Assembly: GCA_965202585.1 (NCBI GenBank)
Contig: OZ241828.1
Coordinates: 32,860,001 to 32,924,000, forward strand
Direction: 5' to 3'
Length of the DNA: 64,000 nt
DNA from: Thalia democratica
Lineage: Eukaryota
The notes under the pieces are model-generated. The model was given only the letters and a program-made list of their open reading frames with translations, made no database searches and was not told where the DNA came from. The translations under genes were made by a program, and so were the position numbers. Positions within the stretch are counted from its first letter, which is position 1. Every line of letters starts with the position of its first letter. Positions 38,824-52,354 of this stretch are shown here, piece after piece.

Positions 38824-41199
38824 ATGGGAAACACCAATTCAAAACTTACACCATATGTAGTTAATGAGAGTAGAGAACGAACACAAAGTTTTAAGCAAAT
38901 ACTGATAGAATACTTGAAAAATTTTCAAACTAAAAAGTCAGACAACAAAAATATTACTGCTGTGTTAAAAGCAGGTTGTGGACAGAACAGCTTTCATGTT
39001 TCTTTTGATTTTCTATTTGAAAATTTTGGATACTTTAAAAGAATAAAAACATTGAAGAACATCAGGAAGAGAACTTTTAACTTCACAAATGTATCTGAAT
39101 TAACATTGAAAAATATGTTAAGGTTTTTAACGACAGGTATTTTAAAACATTTATTTATTCTTTTTAAAACGCTAAAGCTCTGCTTTTAGCTGTTTTAAAA
39201 TCAAAAACAGTTGTCAATGAAAAAATGGTATAAAATATATAAATTTAATAATTACTATATGTTTGGCTTATATATATTCCTACTATATAAAATATATCAA
39301 GTTTTAAATATTTTTTTCATATAAGACAAACAAAATAACTACAACAGTAGCTAAATTTCTCGGAAGTAGGTTCTCATGAAGTTATTTGTTAGTAACAACA
39401 AAAAAAAAAAGATTTTCTAACTAAAGTAAAATAGTTTTTTATTTTGTTTAAAGTAGTTAAGATAAACAACAAAACTAAAATCAAATATAAAATTTTATTA
39501 ATAAAAAAAAAAACTTTTACCCCTTGTAAAAATGCATTGGTTTCTTATCTGGCAAGGTTTATCGTACTGTTATAAACACGCAAAATGATTAAAAAAAAAA
39601 TTTCCAATAAGAATTTAATGTGTAAAGTGATAATTATAGTGTAAAAGATGTAATTTAAAAAATTTAGGTAAATTAGATATGGTTGAAGAGAATATCATTG
39701 ATTTATTAAAGGCAGAAAGCTTGCTGGGGAGTATCAAAGTTCAAAAATATGTTTGCGAAGAAATGCTTACGTCGGAAAATTATCCTTTTTACTTTAAAAT
39801 TTCTAAGCTGCTACATCTCAGACACCTAAATGAATACTTTTATAACATCTTCTTGCAGCAGTACCTTTTAAAAACAGAAGAAAAAGTCTTTTATGAGCTG
39901 AGTTATAATGACATTGCAAATCTGGTTGCCTCATCCCAACTGAAAATAGATTCAGAAATTGAAGTCTTCAATGCAGTAATAGATTGGATAGAGTACAGAA
40001 AAGGTGAACGTGAACAATTTATTTATGATCTTTTGAAATTAGTTCGATTACCTTTGTTAACTAAAGAACTGCTAGTCGATGTTGTGCGGGCTCATCCTTT
40101 ATGCTTAAGATGTTTAAAATGCAAAAAAATAATTACAAAAGCTCTAAAAATAAAAGAAAACAGCTACATTTGCTCACCGAAAACATTGTTAGAAAATAGA
40201 CACTACAGCAACATATTGAATATCAAAAGAGTAATGTTAATCGGCGGCAAAGATAGAGCTTCCAAAAATGTTAGAAATTTTTCTTGTTTGTACGAGATAT
40301 ATGGTTCAAAAATGAAAAGATGTAAGATAACTAGTGAAATGAAAACGCAAAGGTCAAGATGCAAAGCTTTTGTTATAGGTACAAAAGTTTATTGTTTTTC
40401 AGGTGGCAGTGATTACACAGACGAATATCTTGACTTAGAATCTCTTGAAGTTTATTGTACAAAAAGTAATGTTTGGAAGTCATTAGCACCCCTTGATAGT
40501 GCAGGTTTTGTGCCAAATTTTGGTTACTTCTGTGGCTGCGCGTTTATGGGGAAAATATACATATTTCACAAACCTTGTTATTCACACAGGTATCTTAGCT
40601 GTTCGGTTTACGATCCTGGCAATGACCGGTGGAATAAGCGTGCAAACTTGAATGTAGCAAGATTAAATGCGTCTTGCACCGTGTTTGATGGCAAGTGTGT
40701 GGTGGTCGGCGGTAGAAAAAAAGGTTTTAATGAAGTTCTGAAATCCGTAGAAGTTTACGACCACCATCTCGACAAATGGTCGTATTTACCCGCTCAAATG
40801 CAAGTGAGTCGTTTGAAGTCGGGTGTGATTGCGAAAGGAAACAAGATGTTTGTAATTGGTGGGATTGATCGATACAGTTATTTGTTGGGCGACCAAATGA
40901 CTCATGAAGTATATGATTGCTCGACAAAGCAGTTTACTTTTATTGCAAATAATTATTTTACAAAACAATTTGCTTACACTACTGGTCAATATAACTCTGG
41001 TCGCCTTGATTGTTTGCACATCGTTGCTGACAAAATCTTTGTTTTCGATGACATTTTCCCTTCGGATAATGACGGCAATTTAAAGATTCCTACTTATGAC
41101 ATCACAAGAAATACGTGGTTTGAAACTTGCATAAAAACTACGGTCATTGAAAACATTGCTGAGTATTCATTTGTGGCCTTGCAAAAATATTTAATCTAA
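38824..41199 (+). CDS. BTB-BACK-Kelch (KLHL-like) protein, join(38824-39136,39668-41199), 614 aa
   Basis: Exon 1 ends ...FLTTG (G|GTATTT) and exon 2 starts after TTTAG|GT, giving the in-frame BTB junction FLTTGKLDMVEENIIDLLKA. BACK motif SSQLKIDSEIEVFNAVIDWIEY...VRLPLL. Blades VMLIGG, VYCFSGG, KIYIF, CVVVGG, MFVIGG, KIFVF. Confidence 0.9.
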
Positions 41200-44100
41200 G
41201 AAGTTAGCAATAAAATGATAAAGTTTTAACAAAAAAGATATTTTGCTTTTTTTTTTTTTAATTTAGTTATATTATAATAAATGTTTTAAATTTATTATTG
41301 CACCTTTTGTGTAATTTTTTATTAACTCTTAAGTAAAGTATTACATTTTATTATAACTGTGACAAATTTTTAAATATTATTACTTTTAAACTTTAGACTA
41401 TTTCTATAAGAATTTGAAAAACTTCTAAAAACTAGGCATAGTAATATTAAATTTGTTAAAAACTACAGGTTACCCAATAAGTTTTTTTCTAATGCCTAGG
41501 TCTTTTTTTTCGTTTAACAAAAAATACCTAAATTTTGAAATGTTTTTACTTAACTTAGTATCAGATTTTCAGATTATTTGGCAAACCTTTTCACAATACT
41601 ATGACACATACATAAGTTTGAATTTCAGCTAATAAAAACATTGATTGACATGCTTGAGTACTATAAAGTGATGTGCTCATTTTCAAACTTTGAATTATTC
41701 AGTTTCTATACTTTTATTAAAAAAAATCACGTTATTGTAAAAATAATACTTTATCGGCCAAAAAGAGCAGAAAACATCTAATTATTGTTTTTGTCGCAAA
41801 TCTATTTCACTCTAAATCTCTAAATCTACGAGATAAAGTTTACTAAAGTTATTTAACAATGTACATTAGTTTTTTCTATAAAATATATAAAATATACGAT
41901 TTTAACGACTTTATCAATAACTAATAAAAGTATTTTTAAAAATACTTTTAACTTTACTATAAGATCAAAAAATGATACAAATTGTGTAAAACTTAAAGTT
42001 TTTTTTTAGTATTTGCATACTTTTTTTTAACCTTTAAAATAACTTTTTATTAATAACACTAGGTAATAATATTCTTAAAAACTACAAAAACTACTTTTTA
42101 TGATATAAAAGTATTAAAAAATATTTATAATATAAAGTTATATGTGACTTGAGTTTGTTTTTAAACTTAGTTTTATTAAATTGTTAGTTTATCATTAACT
42201 TTTTTTTAGTGTTTGCCAACATAATTTCAATCTTCTGTTCATTTAACAAAGCAGTGTTCAAAAACATTCGAATCAATACAAAGATCTGTTATAACTTTTT
42301 ACACAGTTTTAAGAACGAATTTGATTTAATGCTATACTAAGTAATTTAAAGAAATTTATATATTCTTATGGATTTTATAGTATAAAAATTTAAAAACACC
42401 TTAAAGTTATTTTAGAGTTTATTAATGACTTAAAAACAATAAAAATGTTGTGATTTTTAAGTTATAAAACTTGTATCAAAAGTGTGAACAATTTGCGAAA
42501 CCAACAAGCATCTACTAATTATTAAAGTAATGGAGCGTAACTGCAAGTTTTGTAATTAAAAAATGAGATGTTAGTTGAAAACTTCACTGCAGTCTTTTGC
42601 TCTGCGGGTTTCAATTTATAAGTGTGCGGGTTTCATTTCAAACCGCAGAGTTTCAAAATTTTCCTTCTTAATAATTTTACATTACTAATTTAATTGTATT
42701 AATTTTAAGGTAAGTTATAATTCCACAACTTAAAGCTTAATTGAAAATGAGCATATATACATTAAGTAGACAATTTCAAATTGAGAGTTTTATTCAACAC
42801 GGTGTTTCATGCAAACGCAATGGTCATGATTTAAAAACTTATAAAATAAGACAGACTAAGCTATTTATACCACTATTAGATGCTACTAATCAACACTAAC
42901 CAAACACTTATTAATTTTTTAAGTAGTTTGTAATTCATTCAAGTAATTTATTTAGGTATTTTAATCTGAATAAACCCTATAAGTTTCACAGGTCTTAAGA
43001 AGAAAACTATTTGCTATGTATTATAATTTTCTACATACTAGTTTTAGCAAAAAAAAAATTTGTACTACTTTTAAATACCTTAGATTAAGTTTCTTCCTAG
43101 TTCATGCTCATTTAACTTTATTTTAAAACTAATGGCATCACAGTTACTGCATACCTAACTTTAAAACTTTATTAAGTTTTATTTTTTATAAAGCTAGTAG
43201 TCTCTATACTTAATTTTTTGTAAAACTGAGTTCATGAAAAAGTTTTATAAACATTAATGATATTTAGTAATTTTATTTGCGTTTTATTTAGTTTATTTAC
43301 ACACCATTTCACATTAATTTGGTTTAAAAATCACAAAAAATAATTAATCTTTATAGCTTTAAGTTAAAAAAATAAGGAATAATTTATTGTCCAAGACATT
43401 CTGCTTCAAGCAGCATTAGCTTTTATAACAATGCATTTGAGTGAGTTTTGTCTGAACTAGAATGACTTGTTAAATAAAGCCACCGTAAAACACTACTCAT
43501 TATTAATAAATGCGGATAAGCTTCCACGCGACTGCTCTCAAATATTTACCAATGGTCACTACAACCATTTCTATAAAAATTTTGTAATAGTTTTATGTGT
43601 TTTTTCTTTTATAAAACATTTAATTTAATAACTTCGCCAATTTCTTATTATCAAGAGTTAATTTCGACATAAAAAGATAATTTTATGACCTATATAACGC
43701 AAAATTTCAAATCTATGTACTTTAAAAAGTTTCAATTCGAATTTAAATTAACCCAATTAAATTTTGTTTTATATAATATTAGCTTTTTAGTTCAACGTTT
43801 CGTATGTATTTAACTAAAGTCCTACTTCAAATAGGATATCTTTATACAAGTTTTTTATATCCAAAATTTGAAATATCTAAATTATTCAATGCTTTCCATT
43901 TGTTAACAAAAGAAAAAAAAAAAGGTTATATACTAATGATAGTTTTTTTTTTCTGTAATAATTTTAAATTTCTTGTGCACTAAATAATCAGTAGTTTTTA
44001 TTTCTAAAATTAACATTTACTAATTTTCTTTAGCATTGAAAAATTAATTTTTATTTATTCAGATTAGTTTTTGTCTGAAACAAATTATTATCTCTTTTTA

Positions 44101-45903
44101 AAGATTTAAGTTTTTGAAAACAAAATTCATAGGTAAAAATTTATCACTTGTAAAATTTTGTTAAAAACAATTTTTATTTAATGTTCGTCTTTTATTACTC
44201 ATAATAGTTTTTTATCATTTAATAATTGTAACATTTAATTCTAGAGCTAATACAATGACACGTTTTATCATAAATAAATTTAAACTTCTGATTTTGGACT
44301 AAATCTTTTACAAATGTATAAAAAAAAGATTAGCTTGATTCTTAAGCTTTTAGTGGAAATAAGATTACTTATTGATAACTATATTTTATATTTTATTCTT
44401 ATTAAAGATTAATTAAAATTTTAAGAAATTGTTTAATACCTACAAAAGGTTTTGTATTTTAAACATATTTTTTGATTGATGTTTTCATTTTTAAAAGCAA
44501 AGTATAACCATTTATAAATATAAATAACCTAACATATTTTTTGTTATTCACAAATATAAACTTAATTCAGTTGTTTTTTACTAATTAATTCATAACAGTT
44601 AAAATACTATTATTAAAAGAAATTTTCATCCGTGTGATACAGATATAAGAAAATATAGAATTTTTTTTTAGAAAATAGCAGACTAATGTTTCAATCTAAC
44701 AATTTTTGAGCTTTTCGCTGATTTTAAATTACAACTAATGCGTATAAATAGGAACAAGCTGTATAATGCTTAATTATAACTGTAATGTACTAAAAATTAT
44801 AATTATAAAACAACTTCTTTCTGACAAAGTATATATGGTAATAGAAATCCTTTGAGGTAAATTACAAATTAATAGTATAAACATTATCATAGACTGTAAA
44901 ATTATTAAAGTTTTCAAATCTGAAACCTAGACTAACAATAAATTGCTAAGAAGTGTTTAAAAATAATATTACTTAAAACAATAGGTTATTCAATTTTATG
45001 TAATTTATTATAATTTAAAGATTTTCTTTTTGGTAAAGCGCTATTTTAAAAGGTTTGTTATTAAACTTTAGTTTTGATTTAAACTGTTTTTTGCTATCAC
45101 AGCTTGTCACCATACTATTTACAATAAAATAAATTTCTGATAAAAATGATTAAAAACTATAATAGAAACTTTAGATCTAAGTTTCTGCAACGTCTTTTTT
45201 GTATAATTTTGAATATAGTTTCGTATTTCAAATTTCATCACCCGCAACTAAAATCTAAGAATGACTAAAAACAAATAACTACTAAAAATAAACTTAAATA
45301 GTTTGTTTTAAGTCTTAGTTTATCAAGAGTCATATCGTTCTTTGGTAAAGATAGATATATTTAAGGGTGAAAAATGGTCCAAATCATTCTCAAGCTGAAC
45401 TTGTTATAAAAAGCACGCTTCAAAATATTTGTTATGTATTATTTCTAATGGTGATAACTTTATGGTCTTTTATATTTCCACTGGAAAAAGCTCAAATATA
45501 AGGTAGTATAGAAATATTAATATTAATGTAACAATTTCAAATTCAGAGTTTTTTTATTTAACACAGTGTTTAATGCATAATGCAATTACTACGAACTAAA
45601 AAACTCTATAAAGCAAGGCAGACAAGGCTAAATGTACTGTTATTAAGTGTTATTAGTAAGCGCTAATTATATTCTAATTATAACTGATCAAACAAAATAG
45701 GTCTTTTAATTGAACAAAAATTCAAAATTAATTGATTTACAATTAAAATATTTTTATAGAATTATCGTTTAAGTAATCATAACGGTTATATTATTTGATA
45801 CATTATATAATAAAAAAAAGATACAAAAACGACAATTATACATACACAAATACAACAAACTTATAAAAGAGTAAAAGTTGCAATTATAGACACGGTATTG
45901 TTA

Positions 45904-46540
45904 TTATTTTAAACAAAACTTAGCAAATTGTCTGCATTTACCGATTAGTTCAGTTCTGGAGTTGAGGGATGATTTTTTGTGAGCGAATTCTGTTTCAAAT
46001 TTCTCTTTATTGCACAGACTGCACACCCTACCCAGTTTACGTTGAATAATTTTATGTTTAATCTTCCATTTAACATTGTTTTTGATCATATGTTCGTTGA
46101 AGTTAGCGGTCTGAATAAATGAGCTTAATTTTGTGAACTCTTTCAGATGTTTATTTCTAAAACTATGCTTATGTTCATTGTAACTTGTTTTAAAGTTTCT
46201 TGGGGTGGATCCGTTATAATGCAGTTCTTATCATTATATGTGACAGTAGCTTTATATTTAACTTTTGGAAAGACATTTACCTTCCATTGGGCATGAGGTT
46301 TTCATTCTACAATTCATTTTTCTTCTTTTTATTTCTTTCATCTATGACTTTGAGATTTTAATTTGCGATTTCAGTCTCGATCTTAAGCATACATGAATAG
46401 CTTATTTTAAACATGTTTGAGTTCAGAATTTTATTGAAAGGTTTTTCTAGAAAATGTTTTTAAAGAAATTTTTGTCTACAAACTTAAAAAATTATTTACC
46501 TATGTTGGTGTTTAATGTTGAGCTAAAAGAATTTGAAACA
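45904..46540 (-). mobile_element. Decayed Penelope-like element 3' fragment (Neptune-like GIY-YIG)
   Basis: TNIGK.FL, FKISYSCM, CRMKTSCPMEGKCLSKS.IYKATVT, HYNGSTPRNFKTSYNEHKHSFRN, KWKIKHKI...CSLCNKEK...LNSRTELIGKCRQFAKF. Confidence 0.9.
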
Positions 46541-47279
46541 TCTCTATACATTTATTTCGCAAAAGTATTTAAAAGCTAATAAAACGCTGTCTAACCCGGC
46601 CTGCCGATCGTACACGGAGACAATTTATAATCAACTTATAATAAACACCAGGGCTGGATAAAATACTTGATAAATGTTTGTTTAAAATAATGTTTTCTTT
46701 GAGTTTTTAAAATTCAGTTTTGATGTCAGAATTAAATAAACATAAGACACTACTAATTCCTTCAATTTTTAAGAGATATTCTATTTAAGTTATCACAAAT
46801 AAATGTATTTTACAGCAAAATGTTGTTTCAGACTGCGATAAAAACTATACTTTATTTGAATGTAGCTTTTTTTATAGTTTAAAAAAAACAATTTATAAGT
46901 ACATTTTTAGATGTGTCTTGAGTACTAGTTATTTAACTTTTTGTTGTAATAGACAGATTATACAAAATAACTTAAGAATAGTGTTAAAAATAATTTACAC
47001 ACAGTCAAATCGTTATAACAAGTCGTTTTAATAAGCCAAATTATCCAAACCTCTTACTCTTTAAAAAATATTGTAAAAATTCATTAGTCTTAGGTGTAAA
47101 CATTTTATATTTGGGAGCTAAATTATTAATGAAGAAAAAAAGAACTAAAAATGCTTGTATTCAACTTATATTTTATTGTACAAGTCAGCAACAATAAAAA
47201 CAATTTTTAATCAGTTAAGAATCTTCACACATCATACATTTAAACTCTTTTGATGGCTAAATATTTAGTCCCACACATA

Positions 47280-48518
47280 TTAGGCGAAACCATCCTCTTC
47301 ATTTTGTAACCTCACACTGAATCTAAAATTATTTTAAGTTTAATTAGTGTAACAATTAGCTTACATATTTTTTTGATAAACTAACTCATGAAATACGTTT
47401 CTTTTTCGTAGTTCTTTTGTCTACTTCCCCACATGCAAAACAGTAATCCAAAGGTGGATCTAAGTTTCACATGCATTTAGTTATTATTTGATAACACTTA
47501 ACAAGATTAAAAAGGCTCTCTGATAATGAAACTGTATTTTAACCTCCTCACAAAAAAAAATCAATATGTGATTTTTTTTCATATTTAGTGCTTCTTCACT
47601 TGAAAATTACAGAATGGTCTCATCATTATCTAAATTTTCTACAAGCTTTTCTGCAAACTGAAATCAAAAATTGTAACTAAAATTTTTGTAATTTTAACAA
47701 ACATTTATGTACGAAACCACTTCTTTAATACATTACCAAATATTTATAGTTTTGTTGATTTTATTGCAAAAACTCGTGGTTAAATTTTTTGTATTGTAAA
47801 TTTACAGAAACTGTTAGTTCTTCAATTTTTTCCTTAAGGTCCCATTGAGCTTTTTTTTTAAACCAGCTCTAGTAGTATATGGCTTTTGATCTTATTTACA
47901 AAATAAAAAAGAAACTAAGTCGTATAATATCAATGCTACAAAAAATGTCAACTATCTAATAACTTCGGTAGCAGCGCCTGAACAAAATAGATACAAAATT
48001 TTCCTTCTAATAAGTTTTCTGCTGATTTTACATCTAAATTTAACAATGATGATCTAGAAATTATGTCAAAGTCATTAAACAGCAAACAATTTTCGCTATA
48101 AAAAATAGTACTTTTATAGAACTTAGATAAAAATAAAATTAAAATTCTCAACAATTAATAAACATTAAAAGTAAGATGATTTTGACAATATAAAGTTGCT
48201 ATGTTATATAAGTACACACGAACTTTTTTAAACATTGCAGTTTCTTTTTTTTGTACATAACTTTTCTACCTATAAACTTGTTTAATCTTTTTAGATGTTT
48301 CTCCACGATTTCTTGTAAATCTTTCTTAAAATTAAAAACTTGACATAATATTGAGAAGTTTATTCAAATCTTTAAAATAAGAAACAAATGAAATGATATT
48401 TTTTTGTTTTTGGCATATTTGCTTCTTGATTACTAAGAAGCTTGTGATAAGATATTTCAAAATGAGCGCGATTGACAAGAAAGTTGCAAAGCTAAACAAT
48501 CTATTATGGCGTATTAGA
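47280..48518 (-). CDS. Orphan multi-exon gene, 3' part (one predicted hydrophobic segment); 5' end not located
   Basis: Seven phase-compatible GT-AG exons: 48518-48434, 48324-48270, 47977-47964, 47868-47806, 47657-47611, 47459-47397, 47322-47280. They give LIRHNRLFSFATFLSIALILKYLITSFL/KDLQEIVEKHLKRLNKFI/GAATE/SWFKKKAQWDLKEKIEELTVS/FAEKLVENLDNDETIL/STFGLLFCMWGSRQKNYEKET/FSVRLQNEEDGFA*. The 14-nt exon is the weakest part. Confidence 0.55.
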
Positions 48519-48599
48519 CTGAAAATTTAAATATGAAATAATCGAAACTAACATATGTATATGCCAAGTATTAATCTTGACATAGTATAAGAGCTAGAA

Positions 48600-49130
48600 A
48601 AAGTAGGACTTTAAGATAGTAAAAAATATTATTTGTCGGCTTTTACTTTTAATACAACAAAAAGATCTGAAATTTACAAAGCACAAGAAATTGTTTAAGA
48701 TGTTTTTCGTTTAAATTAAAGAAGAATTGCAAAGGCAATTGATTTTACAAAAATCTTGTCCAATTTACAGGATGAGAAAACAGGTGAAAAATAGCTTGAA
48801 TTTTAGATGGAAACGAATATTATTTGTCGGCTTGTATTTTTGATAAAACTAAAAGATCTCTGTTTTACAAAGAACAAGGAAACGTTTAAGATGTTTTTTT
48901 GTTTAAATTGAATAAGAATTGCGAACGTGATTGATTTTATAATTAACGTGTACACTTAATCAAAGAAAAACAGGTTAAAAATAACTTAAATTCAGATGAA
49001 AAAAATATTTTTTATCGGCTTTTATTTTTGATAAAACTAAAAAATCTGAGTTTTAGAAAGCACGAGAAATCGTTTAAGATGTTTTTTGTTGAAATTGAAT
49101 GATAATTGCAAACGTGATTTATTTTTCAAA
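48600..49130. repeat. ~190-bp tandem repeat, ~2.7 diverged copies
   Basis: The TCGGCT anchor recurs at ~48636, ~48827 and ~49015 (spacing 191 and 188). 'gtttaagatgttttt' and 'aattgc' recur in each unit. Confidence 0.9.
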
Positions 49131-50619
49131 TTACTAGACTCAAAGTTTTAAAACCATGCTTTTTAGGGTATTTTTTATTTTTGAGGCTAAGATTTTTGAG
49201 GATTGAAAGACTGCAGTAAAGGGAAACCCTGTATGTAAGAATTAAAAAAATTAATTATTCTGTTTTTATTCTTTGCTTATTTTAATATGAAAATAAAAGT
49301 ATTAAACCTCCAACAGAATCTAACAAGATTTAGCCTATTTAAAAAGAGTAACTTTTTCAAAATCATTTGAGCTAAAATTTAGTTCTTTTAGTTGAAAGGA
49401 AGCCCTGCCTGAAACAGTTAAAAAGATGTTAGCTTTATTTTTGTTTAAATGACATTCAAGTTAAACTTCATTAAAGTCCAGTACAAATTTATAGAACAAA
49501 AATAAATATGTTTTTTTTTTATTAATTTTATGCAAAATCCTTTGTGTCAACTTCTAATTTTCAATTGATATCTTTTACTCAACTTACTATGTGGTTCTTA
49601 TTACAGCTATGACTAAATTAGTATATAATTTAGAACTAAGCCTCTGTGACTCAGACTACCTTTTTTTGGACTAACTATGGCTAATTTAGATTTTTCATTG
49701 TTTGAATAACTCATACTTGCTTAGTCTTTTTTGAGTACTTTTTTTAATTCAGATTTTTTTGTCATAAATCTTGATAAACAGTTTTAATTTTAATTCAGTT
49801 TTCATCTTAACTCAGGCTAGTTTTTGCCACTTAAGTGTTTTTTTTAAACAGTCACTACTGGCAACCCCATAATTTTAATGATGTTTTCCTCTTTGGTGCA
49901 ACAGCACAGTGGACACATATTAATACAAGTTTTAATAAAGAAAAATTTTTGGTTTCAATATTCTAATATTCTATAAGATATACATTTTTTTTTGTAAATG
50001 TATTTAATCATGGAATATGGTTAATCTGTTTAAATTTTTTTATTATAAGCTAACAAGAATGGTAGATAAAAATTAAAAAAAAATCAGTAATTATTCAATA
50101 CTTTAAAATTTTTTGAGTTGAATGTGATTCAAAAATTGTATTTTCAGCTTTGCCATAAAAGTTAAAGACCTGGATTTTGATGAGCTAAGTAAAAGAAAAC
50201 CTTGAGTTTTATACAAGAGTCATGAATTTTTTTTTATCCATGTTTTTATCATTTAAGTTTTTATTTGATAAATATTAGTCTGTAGTATTTCGAGACTCAA
50301 AAATACTTTTCTAAAAATGTTTATTATAGTTTTGGCACCATGAATTAAATGTTAATTTTGTGTGTGAGTAAAACGGTACTGGAGATAGTTATTTAACTAC
50401 ATATTTTTATTTTATTTCTCAATTCTAGTGCTTTTTCTAGTATTATATAAACTTTTTAAGTTATACAATAATTCTAAAATTTTCTCAAGTATGTAAAGCT
50501 AACTGTATGAATTGATCTTTCTACTTTGTTTAAGCTTATTTATTAGTAAAATGTTATTAAGAATTTTTTATCTTTTAGTAATTATTCTGCTCCCTAAGTT
50601 TAAATCTTATTAGCAAAAT

Positions 50620-51504
50620 TAGGGGTAGAGAGTACAGTACATTTTTTGGTAATATCTTAATATTCATTGATGTCCACATGATTTGGATGTGTTTTTGCTT
50701 CATTAAAAAGAATCTGAAGAAAATAATTAAAAAAATAAAAAGGTTTGCTGCCAAAAAAACTAATTTCACCCCCAAAATCTCATACTTTTCGATTTTTGAC
50801 TTAAATAGTAACAAAATCACTTATACATGTCCTAGACTTATAATTTATCACTTAAATACAAGCTTATATTTTTGACATTTATTTAAAGACATATTAACTG
50901 CTTTTGTTGTATTATGACATCATTGTTACACTAAATACGCAATTTTTTTCTGTAAAATTGTACTACTTTTTTTCTGATATAAAATAAATTTTTTTTTGCT
51001 GTTTTACTTTTGTTTTTTTGATTTAGAATATAAAATGTGTCTAGTTAGTTAGGCAGAAAAATATTACTGATGTAATGTCATTTCAATTGCATCTTGATAC
51101 ATTTCAAATCATATTCCTTACTAGAACTTATGATTATTTGGAGCACCTGTCTAAGAGTAAAAGATCTAGACTCAAATATCATAGAAAGTACATGTAAATT
51201 TATTTTTTAAATTCAAGAATTTTTATTTAATTAAACACTTAATTATTATCTGAAAATATTTTATTTAGCTTAAAGTATGTTATTGATTTCAAGTTACTAT
51301 CAGTAAAAGTTTATAAAGTATTGTACATATAACTAAATTAAAAATTAATTTCTCAGTTTGTTTATATGTATTAATACTCTAATTTAAAAGCTTTTTATCA
51401 AATCTTTACAATTTTAAACTTATAGCAGCTAGTTATTATTGTAACATTTATATAAAATGCTCTCAACAATCATAACTTCTAATAACAGAAAGTGATCTAA
51501 AATG

Positions 51505-51536
<32 letters not shown>

Positions 51537-52354
51537 CAACATGCATTTGAAATGACATTACATTAGAAATATTTTTTTTGCCTAGCTGACTTGACACATT
51601 TTATATTCTAAATCAAAAATAAAAGTAGAACAGCAGAAGAATTTGCTTTTTTTATTATAAAAAAAGTAGTGCAATTTTAAAAACAAAATTTGCATATTAG
51701 TGTAACAATGATGTCATAATACAACAAAAGCAGTTGAAATGACTTACTTTTTGCCTACAAATATAAGCTTTCATTTAAGATATAAATTATAAGTCTAGGT
51801 CTAAAACATGAATAAGTAATTTTATTACTGTTTAAGTCAAAAATCAAAAAATATGTGATTTTTGGGGTTTAAATCCGTTTTTTGGGCTGCAACTTTTTTT
51901 TTCAAAATTATAATTTTTTCTTTGATTCCATTATCTAATCAAAAACACATCCGAATCATATGTACTTATTTAATTTTACAACATGACTGAAAAAATTTCT
52001 GTACTCCCTGCCCCTATATTTTACAGACAAATTTTGCACATTTAGGGTGATTTTGACATCATAATACATCAAATGCAGTTATGAATGTCTAAATATGTAT
52101 TTAAATATATGTCAAAACGTATAAGCTTTCATTTAAGACATAAATTATAAGTCTAGGACATGTATAAATGATTTTGTTATGTTTAAGTCAAAAATCAAAG
52201 TATGTGGTTTTAGGGGGTGAAATTAGTTTTTTGGGCAGTTAACATTATTTCTTTTAATATGTTTTTTTCATATTCTTATAATTAAGCAAAAGCACATCGA
52301 AATCAAAAAGACTCATTAGTCTCTCAAACACCACCCACGTACTACCTACCCTTA
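50620..52354. mobile_element. Large foldback element with three arms
   Basis: Arm 50620-51095 is inverted relative to 51536-52016 (TA|GGGGTAGAGAGTACAG vs CTGTACTCCCTGCCCC|TA). A third partial arm at ~52055-52354 repeats the right arm directly. Confidence 0.85.
51510..51536. repeat. (TA)n microsatellite
   Basis: About 13 TA units inside the foldback spacer. Confidence 0.95.

Noticed and set aside
48553-48593. 41-nt exon upstream of the orphan gene
   Set aside because: It is phase-compatible but implies a 34-nt intron, far shorter than the other introns here (74 nt or more). It was left out of the model.
48626-48830. Read-through frame if TAA/TAG encoded Gln (ciliate code)
   Set aside because: The Kelch and SUMO-like genes end at TAA and have no internal TAA/TAG, and the repeat period is not consistently a multiple of three.
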